Shown in pieces: positions 17,945 through 27,093 of a stretch of 64,000 bases of DNA. Position numbers and translations under genes: made by a program. Source of the DNA: Patescibacteria group bacterium (GTDB taxonomy: Bacteria > Patescibacteriota > Minisyncoccia > Phycocordibacterales > PALSA-1337). How positions within the stretch are numbered: position 1 is the first letter of the stretch; each line of letters begins with the position of its first letter. The stretch is from contig JBBTRA010000001.1 in NCBI GenBank assembly GCA_038065415.1, positions 7,894 through 71,893 on the forward strand, read 5' to 3'. A model generated the notes under the pieces. That model saw only the letters and a list, made by a program, of their open reading frames with translations. It did no database searches and was not told the DNA's origin.

Positions 17945-19480
17945 ATGCTCAAAAAACTCCTCGCCAAATTGAAAAAACACCCTCTCGCATACGGAGGTGT
18001 AATCCTCGTACTCATAGTCATCATTGCCATCTCTATCTTCGGAGGAGGTGATGAATCTGAGCAGACCATGATTGCGACTCGTGGCGAATTTTTGAGCGAA
18101 GTATCTGCTTCAGGGAAAGTGATTGCCGCTCAAAGCTCCAATCTCGGTTTTGACCAGAGCGGCAGGGTTGCAGGAGTGTATGCACAAGTAGGAGACACTG
18201 TTCTGCGTGGCTCGACTCTCGCGAGCATCGAAAACGGCACCATCCGAGCCGACATAACTCAAAAACAGGCAAATCTAGAAAAAGAACGAGCAAATCTGGT
18301 TTCGTTGAAGCGTGGCACACGCCCTGAGCAGTTGGCACTCACTCAACAGAAATACTCAGACGCTTCCTCAGCACTCAGTATCAGCATGAAAGATGCATAC
18401 TTGAAGACGGAAAATGCAATCCTCAGCCAGGCCGACACGATATTTGAGCATGGCAACGGCGCAAATCCCCGCATCACTATTGCTACCCAGAATGATACTG
18501 AGGAAAAAAGCATACAAAGCGAGCGCATCATCGTTGGTGAGAAGCTCTCTGCTTGGAATGAACAGCTGAAGCTCCTACCGGCATCCCCGACGGCATCGGC
18601 CATCAATACTGTTCGTGCAGCAGGAACAGACGCAATGTCCTATACTCGGAGTTTCCTAGATCGTTTGGGGGGTATTGCAAGCAGACTCTCAGTTGCAGGT
18701 TCTGGCATGACTCAGAGTGAAATAGATTTGATCCGAACAACCATCAATGCAGCTGGTCAGGCAGCAAGTACAGCAGTTTCCGCAGAACAAGCTTCGTATG
18801 CAAGCTGGACAGTTGCTTCCAACAATCTCAGCCTAGAAAAGTCAGGTTCTACACCTGAGGATATTGCTGCTCAAGAGGCTCAAGTAAAAGCCGCGGAAGC
18901 TGACCTCATCAGTGCAGAGGCTCAACTCAGGAAAACGCTTGTCATAGCTCCATTTGATGGCATAGTCACCAAGATGGATGTTAAGATCGGTGAAATATCA
19001 TCTCCGAGCGTATCAAGCATCGCTATGATCGGTAGTGGTCTCTACGAGATCGAGAGCTATATCCCGGAGGTCAATATCGCACGCCTCTCCGTCAACAACC
19101 CAGCAACGATCACTCTCGATGCATATGGATCGGATATTGAGTTCCCTGCTACCGTGATAGCTATCGACCCAGCAGAAACCATCCGCGACGGAGTATCAAC
19201 CTACAAAACCCGATTACAATTTGCAGAAAATGATCCTCGCATCAAACCTGGTATGACCGCAAACATCCGTATCACTACGGAGAAGAAAGCTGGCGCCATC
19301 GTCATTCCTAGAAGCATCATTGCTGAGAAAAATGGCCAGAAGACTGTCCGTATCAAGGTGGGTGATGAGATTCGCGAAGTATCCGTACAGACAGGTAGCA
19401 TGACCCCACTCGGTCAGATAGAGATCACATCAGGAATCTCCGAGGGCGATATCATCGTACTTCCTGCGCTGATCCCATAA
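17945..19480 (+). CDS. Efflux periplasmic adaptor (MacA/HlyD family)
   Basis: N-terminal TM, SASGKV, long helical hairpin, APFDGIV, IKPGMTAN. Confidence 0.92.
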   Translation: MLKKLLAKLKKHPLAYGGVILVLIVIIAISIFGGGDESEQTMIATRGEFLSEVSASGKVIAAQSSNLGFDQSGRVAGVYAQVGDTVLRGSTLASIENGTIRADITQKQANLEKERANLVSLKRGTRPEQLALTQQKYSDASSALSISMKDAYLKTENAILSQADTIFEHGNGANPRITIATQNDTEEKSIQSERIIVGEKLSAWNEQLKLLPASPTASAINTVRAAGTDAMSYTRSFLDRLGGIASRLSVAGSGMTQSEIDLIRTTINAAGQAASTAVSAEQASYASWTVASNNLSLEKSGSTPEDIAAQEAQVKAAEADLISAEAQLRKTLVIAPFDGIVTKMDVKIGEISSPSVSSIAMIGSGLYEIESYIPEVNIARLSVNNPATITLDAYGSDIEFPATVIAIDPAETIRDGVSTYKTRLQFAENDPRIKPGMTANIRITTEKKAGAIVIPRSIIAEKNGQKTVRIKVGDEIREVSVQTGSMTPLGQIEITSGISEGDIIVLPALIP

Positions 19481-19485
19481 AACAC

Positions 19486-20742
19486 ATGTCATCACTGCTC
19501 AACACCCGTATCGGATTCTTCCTGGCAGTCCGCCAGATCAAGCGTTCCAGCAAGTGGACGACTGGCCTCATCGTGGCTGTGATGATCCTGACCTCACTCA
19601 ACCTCATTGTGGTGTCTGGCATCCTCGTCGGCCTCATCCAGGGCGCCATCGATGCTGTGCGCACTCACTACACCAGCGATGTCATCATATCGACCCTCAA
19701 CAACAAGACCTACATTGAAAATACTCCTGAGATCATGAACATCCTCCGAGGCCTACCCGGAATTGAAACCGTTGCACCTCGCTACCTCAAAGGCGCAACA
19801 CTCGAAGCGAACTACAAGACCCGTGTCAAAGATACCGACAAGCCGAACACTGCGGGCGGCAACATCGCTGGTATAGATCCTATAGCTGAAGACAAAGTTA
19901 CAGATCTTTCACGCTTCGTCGTAGAAGGTTCGTATCTTGAACCAGGTGACTATGATCAGATCCTCGTCGGTTCGTATCTCATCAAGAAGTATCAACCATT
20001 CGAATCCCCCGGCTTCACAGCCCTCAACGACGTCGAACCAGGCACCAAGATCCGCATCATGGTGGGTGATGTCGAGCGTGAGGTCACCGTCAAAGGTATT
20101 ATCAAGAGCAAAGTCGATGAAGTGAGCTTTCGATCCTTCATGGTCGATTCCCAATTCAGGAGCATGATCGGCCGTGGAGACTACAACGCCTCTGAGATAG
20201 CCATCAAACTGAAACCAGGCGCAGACCCTGAGACTGTGCGTGACGCCCTGCTCCGCAATGGTGTCGGGACTGTGGCAAAGGTGCAGACATATGCAGATGC
20301 TCAACCAAAGTTCATCAAAGACTTGGTAGCAACCTTCGCCCTCCTCGGTAACATGATCAGCTCCATCGGTCTCGTGGTTGCGTCCATCACTATCTTCATC
20401 GTTATCTTCATCAACGCTATCACTCGCAGGAAGTTCATCGGCATATTGAAAGGTATCGGCGTCAACGGCAAGGCAATCGAGATATCCTATGTGTTCCAGT
20501 CGATATTCTATGCAGTCATCGGGTCTGTTATTGGCGTCGCACTCGTCTACCTAGTCATCCAGCCTTTCTTTGCAGCACATCCTATCAACTTCCCCTTCAG
20601 CGATGGTATTCTCGTTGCCCCATTCGGTGGCACAATGGCGCGCACCGGCCTCTTGGTCTTCACGACGATTGTCGCCGGATACATTCCCGCTCGCATGATC
20701 GTCAGGAAGAACACACTGGATTCGATACTTGGTCGCAAATAG
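19486..20742 (+). CDS. ABC transporter permease (MacB/FtsX/LolE family)
   Basis: TM, large extracytoplasmic loop, then 3 TM; RRKFIGILKGIG, GYIPAR. Confidence 0.92.
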   Translation: MSSLLNTRIGFFLAVRQIKRSSKWTTGLIVAVMILTSLNLIVVSGILVGLIQGAIDAVRTHYTSDVIISTLNNKTYIENTPEIMNILRGLPGIETVAPRYLKGATLEANYKTRVKDTDKPNTAGGNIAGIDPIAEDKVTDLSRFVVEGSYLEPGDYDQILVGSYLIKKYQPFESPGFTALNDVEPGTKIRIMVGDVEREVTVKGIIKSKVDEVSFRSFMVDSQFRSMIGRGDYNASEIAIKLKPGADPETVRDALLRNGVGTVAKVQTYADAQPKFIKDLVATFALLGNMISSIGLVVASITIFIVIFINAITRRKFIGILKGIGVNGKAIEISYVFQSIFYAVIGSVIGVALVYLVIQPFFAAHPINFPFSDGILVAPFGGTMARTGLLVFTTIVAGYIPARMIVRKNTLDSILGRK

Positions 20743-20764
20743 AGCACACATTCATTTCACTCCC

Positions 20765-21442
20765 ATGATTCAAACAAAAAATCTTAAAAAATCATTCCAG
20801 AACGGTGCAACGACGACCGAAATCCTCAAAGGTATCGACTTCAATGCCGAGCGTGGCGAGTTCATCGCTATCATGGGTCGCTCTGGTGCAGGTAAAAGCA
20901 CATTCATGTACCAGATCAGTCTCCTCGACGAACCGACTTCGGGTGAGATTACCATTAATGGTGGGCACATCGCAGCCAATATGAGCAACGACGAGAAGAC
21001 CGCCTTCCGCCTCATGCGTCTCGGCTATGTCTTCCAAGACTACGCCCTCATCCCGGAGCTCACCGCTCTCGAGAACGTCGCCCTACCCCTCCTCATGCAA
21101 GATATGACCAAGAAACAGGCCTATAAGAAGGCTGAGGAAGCTCTCAAGCGCGTCGGGCTCGCCACTCACATGGACCAGCTCCCCAGTCAGCTTTCTGGAG
21201 GCGAGCAACAGCGTGTCAGTATCTCGCGTGCTATCGCCCACAAGCCAGATATCCTCTTTGCCGACGAGCCTACCGCCAACCTCGATAACGAGTCCTCCAA
21301 AGTGATCATGGGCATATTCAAAGAGCTCCACAAGGCTGGTCAGACCATCATCATGGTCACCCACGAACCTGAATACGGCAAGATGGCCGAGAAGATCGTG
21401 CATCTCGATGATGGGAGGATTGTGAGTATTACGAAGAATTAG
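20765..21442 (+). CDS. ABC transporter ATP-binding protein (LolD/MacB type)
   Basis: [25 protein letters not shown]. Confidence 0.96.
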   Translation: MIQTKNLKKSFQNGATTTEILKGIDFNAERGEFIAIMGRSGAGKSTFMYQISLLDEPTSGEITINGGHIAANMSNDEKTAFRLMRLGYVFQDYALIPELTALENVALPLLMQDMTKKQAYKKAEEALKRVGLATHMDQLPSQLSGGEQQRVSISRAIAHKPDILFADEPTANLDNESSKVIMGIFKELHKAGQTIIMVTHEPEYGKMAEKIVHLDDGRIVSITKN

Positions 21443-21447
21443 ATACT

Positions 21448-21480
21448 AAAAAGCGCGCATCGACCATAGTCGATGCGCGC
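21448..21480. terminator. Terminator between convergent ABC operons
   Basis: GCGCGCATCGAC/GTCGATGCGCGC 12-bp stem with an A run. Confidence 0.8.
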
Positions 21481-21509
21481 AAGGGTGATTATTCTGAATA
21501 TGAACTGCT

Positions 21510-22511
21510 TCAGACGGAAACTGTGCGTTTTTTGTGCATGTTTCCGTTGCCCAATCCTGTCTTGTCCTCATGTTCTGTCAGAGTTGAGAACGAGTTTGGA
21601 TGCGTCAGATCGAAATCCCTGACATGCCGCCGATGATCAGGCTTCCAGCCGGCACCTTCATTGATGTCCCGAACCATGGCAGCAAATGCCGGCTCACCTT
21701 TTGCCTTCATAGGGAGTACTTCCCGCGAGAGCGGAATGTCTCGAACAATCTTGGATCCGCGTTGAATCGGTTTTCCAAAGTTGTCTACATCTCCCCGGTC
21801 ATCGGTGTAATACTGAGACAGAAGAACAATCCGTGAACCCAGAATCACCGCTTCTGCGATGTCATGAGTTACGAACACTACCGTCATCTTCTGTTTTTCC
21901 CAGAGCTCGAGCATGAAGAGCTGTACGCGTTCACGCGTAGATGCATCGAGCGCTCCGAATGGTTCGTCCATGAAGACGATGCCCGGCGAAGTGATGAGTG
22001 TCTGAGCGATAGCAACCCGTTGTTGCTGGCCCCCAGAGAGCTGGTACGGCATCTTGTCGGCGTGCTGAGCGAGATCCACCATCCGCAAATACTCCATGGC
22101 TTCTGCCTTGAGCTGTTTGTGGTGGGTAAACCGGTGGAACATCGAGTGTTTGAACTCGAGTCCGATCATCACGTTCTGCAAAACACTCAGGTGAGGGTAT
22201 AGCGGATATTTCTGAGGCACGAGACCTCGGGTCGTATCGGGAAGTTGGATGGGTGCGCCGTTGATAAGCGCTTTCCCTTCCCCCTCCTGATCCACTCCAA
22301 GCTCGTATCCGAGATCTGCACCGAGGCAGATACGGAACAGTGTCGATTTACCACACCCCGATGGGCCAAGAAGTACGACGAATTCTCCAGGGGAGACCTT
22401 CAGATCGACATTCTCCAACACCGTGGTGAGCAGACCTGTTTTCGGATTAGGGAATCTTCGGTAGAGATTCTCCAGTAGGATGTGATACTGCGGATGTTGC
22501 ATTGTCTTCAT
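21510..22511 (-). CDS. ABC transporter ATP-binding protein (TauB/SsuB/NrtD type)
   Basis: GPSGCGKS, LSGGQQQR, MDEPFGALD, VTHD; C-terminal extension. Confidence 0.93.
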   Translation of the reverse strand: MKTMQHPQYHILLENLYRRFPNPKTGLLTTVLENVDLKVSPGEFVVLLGPSGCGKSTLFRICLGADLGYELGVDQEGEGKALINGAPIQLPDTTRGLVPQKYPLYPHLSVLQNVMIGLEFKHSMFHRFTHHKQLKAEAMEYLRMVDLAQHADKMPYQLSGGQQQRVAIAQTLITSPGIVFMDEPFGALDASTRERVQLFMLELWEKQKMTVVFVTHDIAEAVILGSRIVLLSQYYTDDRGDVDNFGKPIQRGSKIVRDIPLSREVLPMKAKGEPAFAAMVRDINEGAGWKPDHRRHVRDFDLTHPNSFSTLTEHEDKTGLGNGNMHKKRTVSV

Positions 22512-23360
22512 TCAGCTTTTCTCCTGTTTTCCGTGCCATGAGAAGCCGCGTGCGAGGATCTGACCAAGAACAAAGTTCATGGCATATCCCAATACAACGA
22601 CCCAGAGCGCGTACGGTATGATGACGTCCATCGCCAAGTAGCGACGAACAAGGAATATCCGATAGCCGATTCCGGAAGAAGCCGCAAGGGCCTCCGCAAG
22701 AATCAGTGAATACCAGGCGATGCCCAAGCTGGTCCGCAGAATCTCGATGAGATGCGGTAGAGCCTGCGGCAACACAATCCGATACACGATCTCCAGCTGG
22801 CTGGCGCCAAGTGTAAAGGACCGGATGATTTGTGACCCAGCAATCTTCGAGACTGATGTGTACATCGCTAATGTCATGGCCGGAGCCATGGATATGACGA
22901 TGAGCACAATCTTCGAAACCTCCTCGACACCGAACACAATAAAGAGTACGGGGAGAAGGACGGGCGGAGGGATCATGTTCCAGAAGCGGAGGAAGTTCAG
23001 TAGCAATGCATTCATACCCTCGAAGAGAGCGACATTCATGCCGATCATCAATGCGATAGTACAGGCGATCGTTGCGCCAATGAACAATCTTCGCAGACTG
23101 ACGAACGTATCATTCCAAAAAATGACCTTACCGGTTTTAACATCGGCTTCAAAGGCCACCTTCTTGAATGACGTGAACATTTTCGTTGGCGTGGGCATGA
23201 GCTTCTCATCAGGATTCTCGCGATTACGAGCCGAGGAGAAGAACAGATATGCTGCAACAAGAATGATGAAGAGTACCAGGCTGAGCATGAGACTCAGTGC
23301 GTACGATGGTTTTGCGTGCATCCCCCAGAAGCGAGGGACTCTTATTTTTTGAGCGTTCAT
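22512..23360 (-). CDS. ABC transporter permease (TauC/SsuC type)
   Basis: TLGAS..VLPQALP, AEA..GIGYRIFLVRRYLAMDVI. Confidence 0.92.
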   Translation of the reverse strand: MNAQKIRVPRFWGMHAKPSYALSLMLSLVLFIILVAAYLFFSSARNRENPDEKLMPTPTKMFTSFKKVAFEADVKTGKVIFWNDTFVSLRRLFIGATIACTIALMIGMNVALFEGMNALLLNFLRFWNMIPPPVLLPVLFIVFGVEEVSKIVLIVISMAPAMTLAMYTSVSKIAGSQIIRSFTLGASQLEIVYRIVLPQALPHLIEILRTSLGIAWYSLILAEALAASSGIGYRIFLVRRYLAMDVIIPYALWVVVLGYAMNFVLGQILARGFSWHGKQEKS

Positions 23361-23413
23361 ATGTCATTTTCAAGCTGTCTCCCGCGTGATTGCGGGTTTG
23401 TGTTCTGATGTGT

Positions 23414-23441
23414 ATATTACACATATTTATGGAATTGTCAA
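23414..23441 (-). promoter_or_regulatory. Sigma70 promoter for permease and ATPase
   Basis: TTGACA-16-TAATAT. Confidence 0.6.
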
Positions 23442-23481
23442 GTGTTTGCAGTGCATTCACCAACTACGCCCCGCAAGGTAT

Positions 23482-23512
23482 AAAAAAGCCCCGATACTTG
23501 CGTATCGGGGCT
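23482..23512 (-). terminator. Intrinsic terminator
   Basis: AGCCCCGATAC/GTATCGGGGCT stem with T run. Confidence 0.85.
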
Positions 23513-23531
23513 GGAATCAGAAGGGCGGAGC

Positions 23532-24611
23532 TTAGAGCTTCCCTGCCGCAGCTTCTTCCATGTACTTGGTGTTATACCGGAGCTTGATGTTGCGATTGCT
23601 ACCGAGGACTGATTTGTCTGGGAATTCGATCCCGACGTAGTCCTTGGAACTGGCGCCACTGAAGAGTCCTCGATCGAAACAGAATACCCGGACATGGTCC
23701 AAGATCTGCTTCATCTTCGCATCCTTCGTGAACTCGACCGCTTTCGCCGGTTCGTTGAACATGAAGGTGGTCTTCAACTGAGCTTCGAACTCCGCGCGCG
23801 TGCAGCCCTGGCTCTTGGCCATGACTTCGAGTGCGTTGTCCGTTTCCTTGCCAGAACCATACATGATCTTCATGACCTCGTACCAGGTCGCCGCCAGCGC
23901 TTTCTTCACGCCTTCGGGAGCATCGGTACGAACCACCAGCAAATCCTGGATTTCTCCGGGGATCTGACTGGAGTTGAAGACTTCTTTGGCATTCTTCACT
24001 TGCTTGACCGTCATGAGAGGAGGATTCCACGTGACACACGTCGCATTATCCGGACCGGCCGTGAAGATGGTCGCGACATCCGAGTCCGACACATTCTTGG
24101 TGGTCACGGATGTAATGGGCATTGCCGGCTTCTGCAGATCGAACGCGCGGTACAGCAAGTAATGCGACACCGAGTTCTCCATAAGAGCGATCTCGCGCCC
24201 CTTGAGGTCTGCCACCGTCTTTGCATTCTTCGCCACGATTCCATCATTGCCGTTGGAGTAATCCCCAACGATGAGGACGGTCGTGTCGATACCGCCAACG
24301 CATGGACCAGTGAGGGCGTCCATCTGAGTGATCGTTGTCGCCACCACGCTCTTGTCAGAGGTGAAGCGGTTGATCGTCGATGGATAGTCCTGCAGCGGCT
24401 CATACTTGATCTTGACCCCGTACTTCTTGGCGTTCTTGGCCAAAATGCCCGAGGAGTCGGCGTAGAACCAGGGCGCCCAGCCCGCGTAAAGCGAGTTGAC
24501 GAGGATGTATTCTTTCCCATCCTGCGCATGCACCCGGTCAGCCGAGAGTCCGATCACCATCAAGGCGATCGCGGCCAACAGTGTTACTGACAATTTCTTG
24601 ATCGTTTTCAT
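23532..24611 (-). CDS. ABC substrate-binding protein, urea-carboxylase-region (guanidine transporter-like) family
   Basis: Signal peptide; SLYAGWAPW, DYSNGNDG, SVSHYLL, TWNP, SSQIPGEI, C-terminal KLRYNTKYMEEAAAGKL. Family recognised from memory. Confidence 0.85.
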   Translation of the reverse strand: MKTIKKLSVTLLAAIALMVIGLSADRVHAQDGKEYILVNSLYAGWAPWFYADSSGILAKNAKKYGVKIKYEPLQDYPSTINRFTSDKSVVATTITQMDALTGPCVGGIDTTVLIVGDYSNGNDGIVAKNAKTVADLKGREIALMENSVSHYLLYRAFDLQKPAMPITSVTTKNVSDSDVATIFTAGPDNATCVTWNPPLMTVKQVKNAKEVFNSSQIPGEIQDLLVVRTDAPEGVKKALAATWYEVMKIMYGSGKETDNALEVMAKSQGCTRAEFEAQLKTTFMFNEPAKAVEFTKDAKMKQILDHVRVFCFDRGLFSGASSKDYVGIEFPDKSVLGSNRNIKLRYNTKYMEEAAAGKL

Positions 24612-24737
24612 TCGTGTTCTTTCGTTTCTGTAGTGTATTGTTGTGTATTTCTTGTTGTCTGCACTGCAAACTGCGAAGAGGGTCCCCGGAAAAGTCTCAC
24701 TCTCCCGGGGACGGTACTACTGAAGCGGACTCAACGA

Positions 24738-26024
24738 TCAGGCGTTCTTTGCGCCCGTGAGTTCTGCTTCTTGATCGAGTTCGAGGGTGATAGCGGCCTT
24801 GCGACCACGTTCCATGTCCCGAATCGCTTTCTCGCCCTGCTTGGTAAGGTTATCGCGTTCGCGAATCGCCGTACCCATCTGGTCGAGAGCCTTGATGCGG
24901 AATGTTTCAACGTCGTTGAGAGCCTGGATGGCGTCTTTCATCGCCTGGGCCAAGCCTTGATCCGACAGCTGCGCCGAAGCAGACAGCTTATGAATCTCGA
25001 CTCCCTGCGTCTTGAGCAGGTTCGCGTTGAATGCGATCATCCGATCGCCCACCTGGTTGACCGCCTGAACCTTGTTCAGCACGATCTTCTGTTTGGCCAA
25101 GGCCTGAGCGGCAGTGACGCCGATCAGCAGTGCCGGATAGGTGACGTTCTTGCACCGATTGACTCCACGCACCAGCTCCTTGTTGTTCTCAACAAGCACC
25201 TCGAACATGATGATGCCCTGTTGATTGACGATGAGCTGCTGCTGAAGGTCGGTAATCCGCTGGCGCAGGCGATAGATGAGCTTCGTGTTGATGTATTTGG
25301 CCTCATCGCTTTCCGGTGCCAACGCCGCCACATGCTCTGAGAGCTGCGCGTCGATCAGTTGGCACGTGATGATGAGCTTTTGCAGCTCCTTAGTAGCCGT
25401 ACGCATCTCCACTTGCTCGGATCGCAATGTGTCGATGTCACGAAGCAGCTCTTGCTTGCTCGTTTCGATCGAGTCGAACAACGATTCGATCACCTTGCCC
25501 GAAGATTCGAACTTGGTGAAGTACTTGTTGATCGGCCTGCCGACAAGAGGGAGACCCCCAAATAATCGGCCAAACCAGCCCGCTTCGAAGTTGTAGCGTG
25601 CAGGATCAATCTCATCGAACTGGACTTTGAGGTCCGTCAGTTGATCTGCGATGCCACTGCCTTCGCCACCACCGATTTGCCCCAACCGTTTGAGCGGCTG
25701 TGAGAGCAACCGGTTCGCAGTCGATGCTTTGCGGACCACATTGGTTCCAACACTCTCAACCGAGAGAGCTGCATCTTCTTCGGCTTGTGCATCCCCCACC
25801 TTGATGGCGAGGAGCTTGCCGACGAATTCGGTCGCCTGGCGTTGAAGTTCCGGATTAACGGCTTTTCCCTGCTCCGCTTGCCTCATCGCGTCCGGACCGA
25901 TCAGCCCGAGGTCGGTACTGAGCGCATCCTTCGTAACGAGTCGCGGAGGCCCTCCTGCCAATGCTGTTTTCTGTTGCGCCAGCAGGTCGGTGTTCTGGGT
26001 CGGTTGTATCTGTGTCTGTACCAT
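24738..26024 (-). CDS. telA: Toxic anion resistance protein (TelA family)
   Basis: GWFGRLFGGLP..NKYFTKFES, ELLRD, LRQRITDL, NNKELVRGVNR, ALAKQKIVL; all-helical. Confidence 0.9.
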   Translation of the reverse strand: MVQTQIQPTQNTDLLAQQKTALAGGPPRLVTKDALSTDLGLIGPDAMRQAEQGKAVNPELQRQATEFVGKLLAIKVGDAQAEEDAALSVESVGTNVVRKASTANRLLSQPLKRLGQIGGGEGSGIADQLTDLKVQFDEIDPARYNFEAGWFGRLFGGLPLVGRPINKYFTKFESSGKVIESLFDSIETSKQELLRDIDTLRSEQVEMRTATKELQKLIITCQLIDAQLSEHVAALAPESDEAKYINTKLIYRLRQRITDLQQQLIVNQQGIIMFEVLVENNKELVRGVNRCKNVTYPALLIGVTAAQALAKQKIVLNKVQAVNQVGDRMIAFNANLLKTQGVEIHKLSASAQLSDQGLAQAMKDAIQALNDVETFRIKALDQMGTAIRERDNLTKQGEKAIRDMERGRKAAITLELDQEAELTGAKNA

Positions 26025-26066
26025 AGCTTACGTTTCCTTCCTTTGTTCTATTGTTTGTTGTTTGTT

Positions 26067-26945
26067 TTACGTTGTTTGAGCACCTGGTTGATCCAGCGTT
26101 ATCGCCGGTTCCCTTTTCTTGTTGGCTCGCGCGATCATCTGATTGAGCAGTTCAAGCGATTCATCCATGGACTCTTTGGGAGTGAGCGATGACGAGCGGT
26201 CTTTTATCCGCAACGCTGCCGCACCTGCCTGGTCCATGGCCGCAAGAGCCTCTTCGTTTGCCGCCAGGAGGTCTTCAACTTCCTGGGTGGACTGATCGTG
26301 TACGAGAGCCTGTTTCTTGAGAGCTGACAGGTTCCTCTCTTCCGATGCCTTGAGCTTGCGCAGTAACTGCGCCTTCTCATAAGTCTCGATTCGCGTACCA
26401 ACTTCTTCCCGATCGATGTCGTCAGTGTTCATGAGAAGCACAACGATCCGTTCGAGATTCTCGAGGCCGGCGCGGTACCCTTGTTCAGCAGTACCGACGA
26501 AACGGCTATAGGTAAGCTCGTTCTCTGAGAGAACGCGGCGAAACACTTCGACGAGATTTTCAAATTTCTCGGCGAGCTGCCTCACTTGGAGCTGCCCTTG
26601 CTTGCATTTGAGCTTTTTGAGATCACTTGCAAGCTGAGCCGATTTCTCTTCTTTGATGCGTTCGAATTCCTCGTGAAGCTGCGCGAAATGCTTGCGCATA
26701 TACGCATCACCTCCCCGGAAGAACCTCACGCTCCAATTGAGGCCGGCGATAGCAACGCCGGCGATAGCAGCTACTGCAGCTCCGGAGCCTGACGCAAAAA
26801 GCGCCAAGCCCGTAGCGGCAACGCCGCCAACAGCAAGCGGGATGAGGGTTAGTGGATGCTGGATGGTTTCAGACAATGCGGCCCGTCGGGCGGCCGCTTC
26901 GCTGAAATCCAGCTTATTAGGGCCGTCCTGTGGGGACGTATTCAT
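26067..26945 (-). CDS. Membrane-anchored coiled-coil protein (TelA partner in an XpaC-like position)
   Basis: Two N-terminal TMs then a helical domain; SD AGAAAGGA; directly upstream of telA. Confidence 0.8.
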   Translation of the reverse strand: MNTSPQDGPNKLDFSEAAARRAALSETIQHPLTLIPLAVGGVAATGLALFASGSGAAVAAIAGVAIAGLNWSVRFFRGGDAYMRKHFAQLHEEFERIKEEKSAQLASDLKKLKCKQGQLQVRQLAEKFENLVEVFRRVLSENELTYSRFVGTAEQGYRAGLENLERIVVLLMNTDDIDREEVGTRIETYEKAQLLRKLKASEERNLSALKKQALVHDQSTQEVEDLLAANEEALAAMDQAGAAALRIKDRSSSLTPKESMDESLELLNQMIARANKKREPAITLDQPGAQTT

Positions 26946-27005
26946 AGTTTCCTTTCTTTTTGACAGTTAATATGTGTATTTCAAGGTCCGATAAGACTGT
27001 CAACT

Positions 27006-27033
27006 ATCCTACACAAATATAAGGATTTGTCAA
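27006..27033 (-). promoter_or_regulatory. Sigma70 promoter
   Basis: TTGACA-16-TAGGAT with TGn. Confidence 0.6.
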
Positions 27034-27048
27034 GTATACTGTGATATT

Positions 27049-27082
27049 AAAAAACCGCATCTCCCTTCTGGGAAATGCGGTT
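27049..27082 (-). terminator. Intrinsic terminator
   Basis: AACCGCAT/ATGCGGTT stem with T run. Confidence 0.75.
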
Positions 27083-27093
27083 GTGAACTACTC

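Noticed and set aside
24612-24737. Guanidine riboswitch before the binding-protein gene
   Set aside because: Only a CCCCGG/CCGGGG hairpin; no ykkC core or tandem ACGR-loop hairpins.
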